Source: Eledone cirrhosa
Lineage: Eukaryota
Assembly: GCA_964016885.1 (NCBI GenBank)
Contig: OZ024745.1
Coordinates: 75,020,001 to 75,084,000, forward strand
DNA: 64,000 nt
Direction of reading: 5' to 3'
Shown in pieces: positions 14,001 to 24,398 of the stretch. Every line of letters begins with the position of its first letter. Positions within the stretch are counted from its first letter, which is position 1. Below the pieces are notes generated by a model. The model had not been told where the DNA came from. It searched no databases and was given only the letters and a program-made list of their open reading frames with translations. A program made the translations under genes and the position numbers.

Positions 14001-17000
14001 TATACTGGCTTATTCTTCTCTAAGAACCTCTCTCAGTTGTCTCACTAAGAAGAGGGCATCTGTTGTACTTCCCCCTGCATCTCATCTAATTTTTTGACCC
14101 TTTCTCTAATTAGTTACGCTAGTATTCTTTCTGCCACTTTCATAACCTGATCCATCAGTTGCCTCTATAATTGCTCCTCTCCAGAGCATCCCCTTTACCT
14201 TTGTAGCAATTTATAAGGATACTGATGCACCAGTCTTTGGGTATGACTTTGCCATATATAGCTTGGTTGACAATGCGTGCAACCAGTTTAGTTCCTACTT
14301 CTCCTGATGCCTTCAGCAACTATCCCCGACGGTCCAGCGACCTTACCACTTTTCATTTCCTTAATTGCCTCTTGGACCCTATAGTCGTCACTCTCAGTAG
14401 TTTAACATCCATTTTCTATGCTAGCATGGGTAGACGAGCTGTCCCGTTGTGAGACAGTCAGGTCAGGGGATCATGTTTTGCTCACACAGAACTGATTTTG
14501 TCTTGGTTACTACAGCTGGATGCCCTTTCTAATGCCAACCACATTTACAGTTTGTGCTGGGTGCTTTTTATTGTGATACCTACACCACCACTATACAGTG
14601 TGGGCTGGGCACTTTTTGTCAAGTCACCAACATGACCACTTTACAGTGTGGACTGGGTGCTTATTGTCGTGGTTTCAGGATAGTCACTTTATAGTATGGA
14701 TTAGGGACTTGGGTGGGGGAATTGGAGAGGTAGATATAAGGGTGGGGTAATTACAATGTGGGAGCGGTAATGGGAAGGAAGGTGGTGTCCACAGCTCCTG
14801 CATATGGGAGGGCAAGTCTTTATTACTGCAGAGCGCCAGAGATCACTGTCCTGTGTATCACCTTAGAAAGGTGCAATTGTGTAAGGTCAGCTTTTATCAC
14901 CTCATCCCAAGTCTTCTTAGACTTGCCCACTCCATTGCTTCCATCGACTTTCAGTGCTCTGCACCTTTTATTTCAGCTGTCATCACATGCCCTTACCAAC
15001 GCAATCTCCCTTCCTGCACACTGCATCTGATCCCTCTTATGGCTAATTTCTCTTGCATTTCATTTATGCTTTGCCATTCATGTATATTACTGTTGTACAT
15101 CCATCAAAGCATGGGGGCTTCATTTATTTCCAATCTTAGCAGGTCCTCTGCACAGTGCCCAGGTCTTGCTACTATGCAATATTGTTGATCATATACATGC
15201 GCATACAGTCTGACTTCCATTTTGAAGAAAAAACCTTTTTTTAGTTAGCAGCGGTAGTAACTCCCTGAACTTTCTCCAACCTTTTCTCACTCTGGCTATT
15301 GTACTTTTGGAACGCCCTCTTCCACTGTTAATTTGGGCACCCAGGTAATAGAAATTATTTCTACAGAACCCTCAGGGCAATTGAAGGAGACAGTATCCTG
15401 AGAGCTCTCACTTCTTACTGCCCCTGTGCACCGACCACATGTAAAACCAGTGTTTTTGTTAGCCTGCCTGAGATTCCACTACATCTTTTGTGTACCTATA
15501 GTTTGCATTTGAGACATAGGATGGAATTTCTACCTACTTCTTTTCTGCACACTGAACAAGGCCATTTCCCTGAGGAGATCTAGGCCCTGTTTTCTTTTCT
15601 ACTTACTAGAACTTTAGCCTTTGCTAAATTGACTTTAAGATCTTTTGATTCTAGGTCATGCTTCCAGGTTTGGAATTTCTTCTCTAATTCAGCCATAGAT
15701 TAGGTCATCTACATACAGGAGTTCTCATGGGCAGCCAGTCTTAAACTCCTCCGTTATAGCCTGCAGGATGATAATAAACAGGAGAGGGCTAAGAACTGAT
15801 GGACCCCAATCTGCATGCTAAATTCTTCAATATAGTCATTGTCAATTCTGACCTCACTGACTGTTCCTCTATACATAACCTGTACAGCCCTCACAAGCCA
15901 CTCGTCTGCTCCTAGTTTTCTAAAAGCCCACCAGATAATTGAATAGGGGACTCTGCCAAAAGCTTTCTCCAGATCCACAAAAGCCATATATATATATATG
16001 TATAATATATATATATCCATAGATTTGATAAGGAAAAAGGAAAACAGTGCTCAGTCAGGAAGAGAGCAGAAATATTATATTATTTATTTATGTTCATACA
16101 CAGAACATCTATTGTACATACATACATCTGTTGATGGTATCATCTGCAACTGTTGTTATTGTTAACTTTACTTTGTTATCCTTTCCAACTTCTTCACTGA
16201 TAATGCTATCTTCATTGTTTAACATTCTCATTAAATTCATGTTTTTCTGAATCCAATTCAAGGTTTGGTTCAAAAAGTCTTCGAATATTCAGGATTCTGT
16301 TACTGAAGCTACATTTAGAACAAAAACAGGTGAACATCTCTCCCTTTTTTAAACTGTCTTATCCAGTTTTCCATGCTAGTCTTTGATAAGATGGAATTCG
16401 TATTTTGTTATTGCAAATGTTTATTTTCACAGCTGATTCATGTTGTTCTAATCACTTAATTGTAATGTAGGAATGGGATCTGGTGTCAGTCAGAATCAAT
16501 ATTTTATTGAAATATATGAACCCATCCAATACCAAATCACCCGAAACTATCTCTGGTTAATGATACAACGCCATTTGAAATAAATGTTGATGTTTAAATT
16601 TAGACAATAAAATGTACCCAGTACACTCTGTAAAGTTATTGCCATTAAGAAGGACATCCAATTATAGAAACCTTCCCAAAATATGGAACGAAGATGTGGC
16701 CTCTCTTAACTGTCTAGTCTTAAACCAAGATGATCTGTCCAACCCATGCCAGCATGGGAAATGGACGTTAAATGATGATGATCATCATCAGCTTCATTTC
16801 ATGTGAGACACCAAGTTAATAATGAAAAAGTTATTTTATTAAATCCCTCAAAATTCTTGATTATTTTCAAAATTATTTAAAAATCATAGATAATGTATTT
16901 CATTAGAAATATGTTAATGTAAAGGTTAGAACCAAATAGAAATATGTTAATTCCATTAGTTCCTTCTCAATATAAGAAACCTTAGACAAAATGTCTTGTG

Positions 17001-20000
17001 GTATTTGTTCTGACTCTTTATATTCTGAGTTGAGATCCTGCTGAGGTCAACTTCCCCTTTCATCCTGACAAGATCAATAAAATAATATTCAAGTCTAGGG
17101 CTAATGTAATCAACTGTTCCCTCCCACCTGGGTAAAAAAAACAATATAAGAAACTTCATCGCATTTTATTTCCATTTTTTAGATTGAAGAATATGCCATG
17201 ATTCCAGCCAAAGAAGTCAAAGAAATTATGTATAATATGTTTGCTGATGGTTTTTTATTTGTCACTGTAAGTCATTATTATTTATCATTGTTTCTATGTT
17301 GGTATATTCTCAAAGAGGTCCATATAGGGTTGAAGAAAATTTTGGCAGGAGTGAATAAAAGCTTAGCAGTCCACAGGAGAGGACTTTACTAGTTTGCATT
17401 TATTAATCCCTTTATAAGAGGAAAACAAAAATCACTTGAAGCAAATTCACATTTTGAGGAATTTGGTATTACTGTGGTATGATTCTTTTTCTTATCTATC
17501 ACAATATTGCAGTTTCGGTGGTCTTATTTGCACCAGTCTGGTACTTTCTCAAACCTGTGAAGACTAGGCTTTTTAGAGGCGACCTTTATTCATATCATCA
17601 TAGCTACATCACTGGGTTATGAGAGTTTTCTTGGGAGCTACAGGTGTCACCCATTATTGGATCACTGAAAAAACTGTAGCAAAATATCCCAAGATTTGTG
17701 CAACTATAGAGCCTATTTTACTAGCTTTTCCAAGTTTGAAAATGGTGGAATCTAGATTTAGCAAACAGGAGTACTTTGAACATAAAATGTGCTTTATGGC
17801 TCAATTTCACAAACCTGTAACCTAATATCTATGGTTTTCTCTATACCCAGCAAACCAATACTTCCCATTAAAAAATATTTCAAGCATTAATGGTGTGTTT
17901 GCATTTATAGTTTACTGATTCTTTTCACATGTACGTTGTATAACACTGGTAAATAAGTTGTGAATTGTAATTTCTCTTCAATTGATTTTTTGTTGGGGTA
18001 GAGAAATAGAAATAACATTTTGTTCCAAGTAAAAAGTTTGAGAAATCCTGGTTTACCTAATGTTTGTTTACCTACAGTTGTTGTTCAGCTCCAGGTTAAT
18101 CCAAATTCATCAAGTCACCAGGCATTGACTGACTATTTCCTTTTTGTGCCAGTAATCATTGAGACCTCTGTTGTTCTCAGATTCTGGACTGTTGTTTTCT
18201 TTTGCCAAATAAAGGTTAGGGCATCACATCTGAGGCAGGATTTCTGTGTGGTGGCATTCCAGTATTACTGTTTTCTGCAGCAATGCTATTGTCATCATAT
18301 CTACAGAGTCCAGCCAAGGACATATAGTTTACTCCCTCTCCATTTTCCCTCTTTCTTTTTATTATTATGATATTGTAGACATATTTTGAAAATTTGAAAT
18401 GAATAAAATTTTTGTTAGCTTTAATGATTAAAGATGTTTCAGCCTTAAGCATCCCACCTTTCTTCCACGCATTGCTCATCCAGCATGGCTGAAGGGTTAA
18501 GAAGTTTGCCTTGTAATCATGAAGTTCCAGGTTCAAATCCTGCATAGAATATCTTTGAAATAGCCTCAGGTCAATTCAGTTTTAAGAGTGAAATTAGGTA
18601 AACAGAATCTGTTTGAAAGACTGTTGGTTAGGCTACACTTGTAATTCAGAGAGCCTTGTCACACTGTGTGATGCTGGATCTCCCTGGGAATTATACTAAG
18701 GGTATATGTTAATTTAATTAGTAGGCTGTTCCATTGATTAAAAAACTTGAATAATCATTGTTAAAAGCTACATAAGTCAGTTACTGGAAAAACAGACATA
18801 AAATAATTGTTTCTAATTTTGGCACAAGGTCAGCAATTATCCCAGTGTATTAGTGGTACTTTATTTTATCGACCCCATAAGGATGAAAGGCAAAGTTAAC
18901 CACGGCGGGATTTGAACTCAGACCGTAAAGGGTCGTAACTCTTTGCTGCAAAGCATGGCATCCGACCCTCTACCGATACTGCCAATCCACTGACATAAAA
19001 TAAAGATGATACGATGATAATGATGGTGGTGGTGGGTTGTGATGATAATGTGGTGGTGGCGATGATGCAATGATATGATGATAATGATTATTGTGGTGGT
19101 GATATGACTATTATGTGATGATCTAATTTACCCTTGTAAAAGCATGGTACATCCATCCATGTGAGGGATGGCTGTAGTGTAGTAGTAGTATATATATTTT
19201 AATATACAATTGTTACTGTTTGTTGCATCTTTTATAGGAAGTGTCCAAAGCTCCTGATCATGCCCCATCTCGAACATTTTTCTTGTTTCGAGTTGAAATT
19301 CAACGAGTCGCAAGGATGTTACTGAAGCGCTGTTACCAGGTTGTGTATATATGCCAATTTGAGGAACTTTTCTTTATGCCCTTTTCTCTTCCTTACAGTA
19401 TATTGTATTGTGGTGGTGTCATGATAAAATGTACTCAGTTCACTCTGTAAAGTGGCTGTGCTAGTACCACAATAAAATACACGCAGTATATTCTGTAAAG
19501 TGGTGGTCTTGGAGCCACAAAATACACCTAGTACACTTTGTAAACTGGTAGTGCTGGTGCAACAATAAAATGCATCTCTGGAAAGTGGTGATGCTGATGT
19601 CACAATAAAATCATCCCAGTACTCTGTAAAGTGGTAGTGCCACAATAAATTCACCAAGTACAATAAAGTGGTTGAGCAAAACTTGGTTCTCAGACCCATC
19701 TACTCTCATCGTGGTAGCTTGTCCAACCCATGCCAGCATGGAAAACAGATATATAATGGGTTTTTTTCTAGTTGAAAATTTTATAATAGAACAAGACAAT
19801 CCTGTGACTAACATAACTTCTAAGTTCAGTGAAAAATGCAGCATTCTAGTTAATAATCTTCTCATATTCCTTAAGATTGAACTTAGAAACTCTCATTACA
19901 ACTCCAAAGGCAACAAATTAGTAGTCATTAGGGTATTGGGTGACATGCCATGTGGTATTTATTCCAGTTTGCTGTGTTTCAAGTTCAACTTAGCTTTTCA

Positions 20001-22588
20001 TCCTTTTATATAAATAAAGTATCAGTCCAGAGCTGTAGATTCACAGAATTGTGGTAGTGTTGAAAGGAGTTAAAATCACACCCCCTGTCACCAGAAAGTT
20101 GTATATATATTAGTGAGTTTAACCTAAGCAGATACAAAGTTTATATCTGAGGTGTACTGGAGATTATACTAAATGAAATGTAATGCAACAAAACCATAAA
20201 ATATGTAATTTACTTCTTAACGGCCTGCATCATATGAAGCTACATTAACAAGACATTCTTGAAAAGTACAAAACATCCTTATGATTGCATCATATTAACT
20301 ATTGATGTATTTAGTTTACTACAAATTTTCACAGCAATCCATCTACTAGTAAAGATACTTACTATAAACATTTGAATTAACAAAACTGTTTTTACATATT
20401 TTCTATTGAATCATTATGTTATTCAGAGAAAAGACTGTAATTAAGTAAAAGACATTTAACGAGGTGATGTTAATTAACTGTTTGTGTGTATATTTCTTAC
20501 AGGCCACAGCCAATGCCATGTTACGTAGGGAACATGAAGTAAAGGAACACAGGTAAGATAATAATATTGTTTCTGGTTGTATGAAAGAGTAGCACAAAGG
20601 CAGGTGAGAGGAGTGGAAAAAATGGATCCCCCATCTGTTTTAACAATGAGTATTCTAAGAGTATTCTAGTTGTTGGAACAATGGAATGGCCTACTCATAA
20701 AATTAAGGATTATTCTACAGACACACATATACAGAGTATATATCTTAGCGAAGTTCAACATGAAACGGTGTGAATTACAGGTACAGTCCATCTGACAGGC
20801 TTCTAAACAGTTTCCATTGACTCTCAGGTTTCAAATAATCAACGGAGACAACCTAGACAAACTTGTCATGACTGAAGGGCGCAAGCCTTTACATAAGACA
20901 AACAAATATTAATCTGTAATATGAAAGAGCAAGGCATGTGTAGACTTGTTTTTCTTTTCAACATTTATCTGTAATTGTTGAGGAAGCAAGCAAGATTCAA
21001 AGTCATTTAATGAGTTGTTGTTTCTAATAATTTCTAACACTTACTCTCAGATTTTTTTCAAACTCACCTGCTTATTAAATTTTGCTAATATATCTCCAGT
21101 GGGCTATTGGTCTTATTTTCAGGTGGTTTGGTATCAAAAGGATTAAGATAAGCAACTTTGTATCAGGGGCAGTTTGGTATGAAAACAAGTATTTACCAGA
21201 TTTTTATATTTTTTATTTTAGACGACTTCTAGATAAACAGCAGAGAGTGGAAGCAATTATTGCTTCCCTGGATCAAAGTGGTGTTGATGAAGCTCAGAAA
21301 GTAGAAGTGGAACAAACTATCACTCCAGCTGAACGTAACCAACTGGCTAAAGTAAAGCAAGATATAAACAAGTAAGTTCTTGTCGTCATCATCATCGTTT
21401 TTACATCTGTTTTTCCATGCTTGCATAGGTTGGATGGGTCCTCAGCACGGTATTTGGTCATCTCCTCTGTGAATCTCAGGTCAGCCTCACAACCTCTGCC
21501 TAGGTCTTTCTTGGTCTACTTCTACCACAGCTTACTTCCACAGGCATTTCTTGTATTATTGTGGACACAGCAATCATAAGGCTCCAGGTTCAACCATGTG
21601 TGGCATATTGAGCAAGTATCATTTACCACAGTTTTGAGTGCAATTGGAGAGATGGAAATCGTATTGACTATCTGTAATTCCATGGGCCAGCTTTGTCACA
21701 TATAGTGTCTGTAGAATGCTCTGTCACTTACATGTTAATTTCACAAGTAGGCTGTTCCATTGATCAAATAAATGAATGAAACGTTCATCTTCAAAACTGA
21801 TGGAGGCCTATTCCATTTCATTATTATTTTGTTCAGTCCAGAGCATACAACCCTTTTCAGGGGTAGAAGAATGGTTTCTTCAAATCAGAAACCTGGCCCA
21901 AATGCTTTCAACAAAGTATCCACTACCCCTTTTTTTAAATCATGCCAAAAGAGTAGAGAGAATTCTTCAGTTGTATCAAGGACACAGCAATCTCACTAGT
22001 ACTGGTGTCATGATAAAATGCACCCAGTACACTCTGTAAAGTGGTATTAGGAAAGTTATCCATTTGTTGAAACCAAGCCAAAAATGGAAAATATGAGTGC
22101 AATACAGTCCCCACTTGGTTTGTTAAAGAGGGCAGTATCTTCGATTACTCTCAGGTCGTGAATAATCACCCAGCATTAATCTTTCATATACAAGACAAAA
22201 AAAAAAAATACATTACAAGAAGTCTCATACGTTATAAAATAAATAGGATGTGTTGGTCTGAATATGTAAACTAAATGACTAATTCTGGTTTTTAAAAAAT
22301 CAATGGAGACTACCTAGAAACATTTTCCACCCACCCCTCCCTTATTATTTGGGACCCAATCATAAGTACTGACTTGGTTGCTAACAACCTATCCAACTTA
22401 TGCCAGTATGGAACAACAGACATAAAATCATGAAGATTCTTTTTTAAACTGTTAATGTAATCAGTGTATTGATGTATTTGTATTTTTATTTTGACAGATT
22501 GGACCAGTGTGAAATTCAGTTGGATTCTACCATGTTTTTGTTGGAATATTACTTGTACTACAGCAAAATAAACAGCCAGTTGAGCTGA
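4933..22588 (+). CDS. POLR3C: RNA polymerase III subunit RPC3 (RPC62/C82), complete spliced CDS, 15 exons, 519 aa
   Basis: Exons 4933-5079, 6365-6626, 7945-8103, 9184-9242, 9572-9676, 10886-10978, 11488-11565, 11873-11924, 12621-12681, 16263-16329, 17183-17266, 19238-19339, 20503-20552, 21222-21371, 22498-22588. All introns GT-AG with matching phases; total 1560 nt. Recognised RPC3 motifs: KTLYGDAAELLVEELL, IYWQVDFDRFHQHFRDQAI, AMIPAKE, PDHAPSRTF, RVEAIIAS. Confidence 0.96.
5250..5470 (+). mobile_element. CRE-clade (restriction-like endonuclease) non-LTR retrotransposon, 3' fragment
   Basis: YFIQPVAFETFGRAGPLTAKFLSSLAARL, frameshift, then GDTRDSALLFQRLILAITHSNAANV; matches the P.A.ET.G..G / FQRLS.A..RGNA C-terminus of CRE elements. 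Confidence 0.7.
6135..6281 (-). mobile_element. RTE LINE RT fragment
   Basis: MKVTKRVLLQLIRKRLSFGEMQFG..., homologous to the 24981 ORF. Confidence 0.65.
6365..6626 (+). CDS. POLR3C: POLR3C exon 2
   Basis: cag|VKKVLAVLI...LYGDAAELLVEELL...LEAS|gtaaaa. Confidence 0.95.
7945..8103 (+). CDS. POLR3C: POLR3C exon 3
   Basis: tag|(G)HPKISSSLVKDKFVSLVQTHFIQRC...HVIP|gttagt, phase 1 to 1. Confidence 0.9.
8688..9030 (+). mobile_element. tRNA-derived SINE, family B
   Basis: cccttgagcaagacactttatttcacgttg core shared with 3095-3385. Confidence 0.65.
9184..9242 (+). CDS. POLR3C: POLR3C exon 4
   Basis: tag|(V)NTQRRRSDSPPSAKAMKIS|gtaaga; needed to restore phase 1 to 0. Confidence 0.82.
9333..9535. repeat. 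Degenerate (GTA/GTG)n microsatellite
   Basis: Fills most of POLR3C intron 4 and explains the poly-V and poly-T ORFs. Confidence 0.85.
9572..9676 (+). CDS. POLR3C: POLR3C exon 5
   Basis: ENNTDTIYWQVDFDRFHQHFRDQAIISAMVNKIDK. Confidence 0.95.
9891..10490 (-). mobile_element. RTE-tail non-autonomous element with ~47-bp internal repeats
   Basis: (CAT)n tail, ctacagctggatgcccttc motif twice, repeated ttacagtgtggactgggcactttt units. Confidence 0.7.
10886..10978 (+). CDS. POLR3C: POLR3C exon 6
   Basis: KASEIVRTMLRISETNTVADALVTTPISINE. Confidence 0.94.
11030..11209 (-). mobile_element. tRNA-derived SINE, family A
   Basis: Reverse complement of the 4493-4675 / 43052-43230 family. Confidence 0.85.
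11488..11565 (+). CDS. POLR3C: POLR3C exon 7
   Basis: IFANLPKELEITKPILEQYLSIMCND|gtaagt. Confidence 0.92.
11873..11924 (+). CDS. POLR3C: POLR3C exon 8
   Basis: AQFVFKAADAGGGMYEI, followed by U12-type donor gtatccttt. Confidence 0.92.
11925..12620 (+). other. U12-type (minor spliceosome) GT-AG intron, POLR3C intron 8
   Basis: 5' site GTATCCTTT at 11925; branch site TTCCTTAAC at 12599-12607, 13 nt before the end of the intron (CAG at 12618-12620); no polypyrimidine tract. Confidence 0.92.
12621..12681 (+). CDS. POLR3C: POLR3C exon 9
   Basis: (N)IYKSLTELCKSHIESVVQE(R). Confidence 0.93.
12741..14390 (-). mobile_element. RTE-clade LINE, 5'-truncated, disrupted
   Basis: [39 protein letters not shown]; (CAT)n tail at 12741. 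Confidence 0.92.
14395..15987 (-). mobile_element. Second RTE-clade LINE with long 3' UTR, 5'-truncated at (TA)n
   Basis: MAFVDLEKAF...IGVHQ, Cys-rich finger, 3' UTR with ggatgcccttt motif. Confidence 0.88.
16263..16329 (+). CDS. POLR3C: POLR3C exon 10
   Basis: (R)FGSKSLRIFRILLLKLHLEQKQ. Confidence 0.93.
17183..17266 (+). CDS. POLR3C: POLR3C exon 11
   Basis: IEEYAMIPAKEVKEIMYNMFADGFLFVT|gtaagt. Confidence 0.94.
17300..18052 (+). mobile_element. hAT (Charlie/Buster-type) DNA transposon relic
   Basis: HYWITEKTVAKYPKICATIEPILLAFPSLKMVESRFS resembles the hAT dimerisation domain; Charlie-like end aaaaagtttgagaaatcctg at about 18030-18050. Confidence 0.65.
18807..18991 (-). mobile_element. tRNA-derived SINE, family A, with TSD
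   Basis: TSD gacataaaataa at 18795-18806 and 18992-19003. Confidence 0.85.
19238..19339 (+). CDS. POLR3C: POLR3C exon 12
   Basis: EVSKAPDHAPSRTFFLFRVEIQRVARMLLKRCYQ. Confidence 0.95.
19410..19750 (+). mobile_element. RTE-tail element with tandem ~45-bp units
   Basis: Repeated cacaataaaat...actctgtaaagtgg, ending ccaacccatgccagcatggaaaa. Confidence 0.6.
20503..20552 (+). CDS. POLR3C: POLR3C exon 13
   Basis: ATANAMLRREHEVKEH(R)|gtaaga. Confidence 0.92.
21222..21371 (+). CDS. POLR3C: POLR3C exon 14
   Basis: RLLDKQQRVEAIIASLDQSG...ITPAERNQLAKVKQDIN. Confidence 0.95.
22498..22588 (+). CDS. POLR3C: POLR3C exon 15 (terminal)
   Basis: (K)LDQCEIQLDSTMFLLEYYLYYSKINSQLS*, TGA at 22586-22588. Confidence 0.93.
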
Positions 22589-22657
22589 AACTATCAAATT
22601 CTGTCAAAAATACAAACTAAATAAGATCACTGGTGATGATGATAATGAAACATTTTT

Positions 22658-22663
22658 AATAAA
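22658..22663 (+). terminator. Candidate POLR3C polyadenylation signal
   Basis: AATAAA 70 nt after the stop codon; the region is AT-rich, so support is weak. Confidence 0.45.
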
Positions 22664-22734
22664 AAATTTTTTTATATAAAAGTAAAACATGAATATTTGA
22701 ATTCATTATTGGATAATTACATTGCTGCTCAGAG

Positions 22735-22965
22735 CTGAGTCACTCCAGGTAGAACCGCTTCTTCTCTGAATTGAGAGATCACAGCTCTGGTACTATGGAC
22801 ATATGGTTAGAATGTCTCAGGAAAGAATAGCTGGACAGATTTTATGGGCAAAACCAATTGGCAGGATGGTTGGAAATGGTTGCTTCTGGCAGGATGGTTG
22901 GAAATGGTTGCTTCTGACAGGACCCGCTGAAAGGAGTGTTTGAGGACCCTCTCAGGGATAAGTGG
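22735..22965 (+). mobile_element. Rex3/Expander-like RTE 3' fragment
   Basis: [21 protein letters not shown]; same family as 62320-62595 and 63620-63850 on -. Confidence 0.7.
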
Positions 22966-23419
22966 GCTAAGAATGCTTTCTTTACTGTCTTCTATGCTGT
23001 GAATGCTATTGAAGTGTTACACCTAGTATTTTTGTAATTGTTCTTTAGCCCCCAGGTCAACCCCACTTGAGCAAACATATGATGAAATGCATTGCAGCCA
23101 TTATCACTCCATCTTTTTAAGGGTATTTAAGACCACATTATCTAATGTCCTTGCTTTATTTAAGGAAATAGAGTGTGATTTGACTGCTATTTCTAGAAGG
23201 ATAAGTGACAATATAGAGGCTCATTGCAAGAGCGTCAGATAGGATGCCTTGCAGTATTTGCACCAGTTGCAGCGACTGGATTTAAATATATAATTATAGG
23301 TGGAATCCTGATGAGTATTAAGGTGCGTGTGGGTAGTGACCACACTTAAAAATGTACTAAATTTGTAGGTAGAGTATAACATCTTTATTTTATATAGAAA
23401 TGACGAACTTTCATTCATA

Positions 23420-23496
23420 TTTATTCATATTCTTACATCCTTGATGAAACACAGCAAATACATGCTTTGTTGAAACACCGTAAGAATATGGATAAA
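23420..23496 (+). ncRNA. Degenerate hammerhead-ribozyme-like motif (probably an inactive Penelope/retrozyme relic)
   Basis: 17-bp closing stem, TTGATGA core, stem II, GAAAC; cleavage-site segment appears deleted. Confidence 0.45.
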
Positions 23497-23759
23497 TTTA
23501 GTTATACAATGCTGTTTTACTTGTAGGCTACTACAATCATCACAGGTCCAGTCCTATAGTTCTGTCATATCTGATGGATATGTAAAGCCTTTGCTTGCAT
23601 GTATCTTCATGGATTGTGAAATATATAGACAGTTTCTGAGAATGGTGTCAACAAAAATTGAAACTCGAATCAACCTGTTCATCTTTTCAATCTATGGAGA
23701 AACATGTAATTTAGACATGAAAAAATGTGTTTACATACACATTTCTCACAACTTCAGTT

Positions 23760-24175
23760 TGTAGTGACCTACATTCCGCGGGCTCACATACATTCTCTGT
23801 GCGTGATTTGGCTCAGTTCAGCCAATCAGCGCCAGTAGAAGAGGATGTATCCCTACGCGCCCCGAGGAAGAAATTCCCCGCGAAGATTTGAAGAATCTCT
23901 CTCTTGTACCAGAAACTTCGAGCCAGCAACACGCATAATGTAACGGTGAGATTTTGCACCCTAGCCTCGCCGGCTTAACGGCGCAATGGCACATTCCCTT
24001 TTGTAACCTTTTTTTATCTGTAACTTCAACCATATAAGTTAACAAACATTGTTTGTACTACATCAAAAATAAACATACATTTCATCTCTAATTACTGCTG
24101 TTGAAATCATTATTATGTTACTCGTGTCTCAATAACATCTATAATACATGCTGCTGGAATTGGCGACCTGACGAA
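23760..24175 (+). mobile_element. Probable LTR plus primer-binding site (Gypsy-like relic)
   Basis: TG at 23760, CCAAT box, AATAAA at about 24068, CA at about 24148, TGGCGACC at 24161; no coding remnant recognised. Confidence 0.4.
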
Positions 24176-24398
24176 AGGAATATTGTAAATAGATCGAGGG
24201 ACCTTCCCTCACGTCTATGTCAACAAGATAATCCAACGAGGATACTATCACTTACCACACTGGCAACTAACGACCACTGATTCTACCACCCTGCTAAAGT
24301 AACGACTACTCTATAACCAATACTGCTAAAAGTTCAAAACCTGTACTGTATGTACAGATAGAAATTTATTTATAACATAGGAGTCAATTAAGGCCAAA

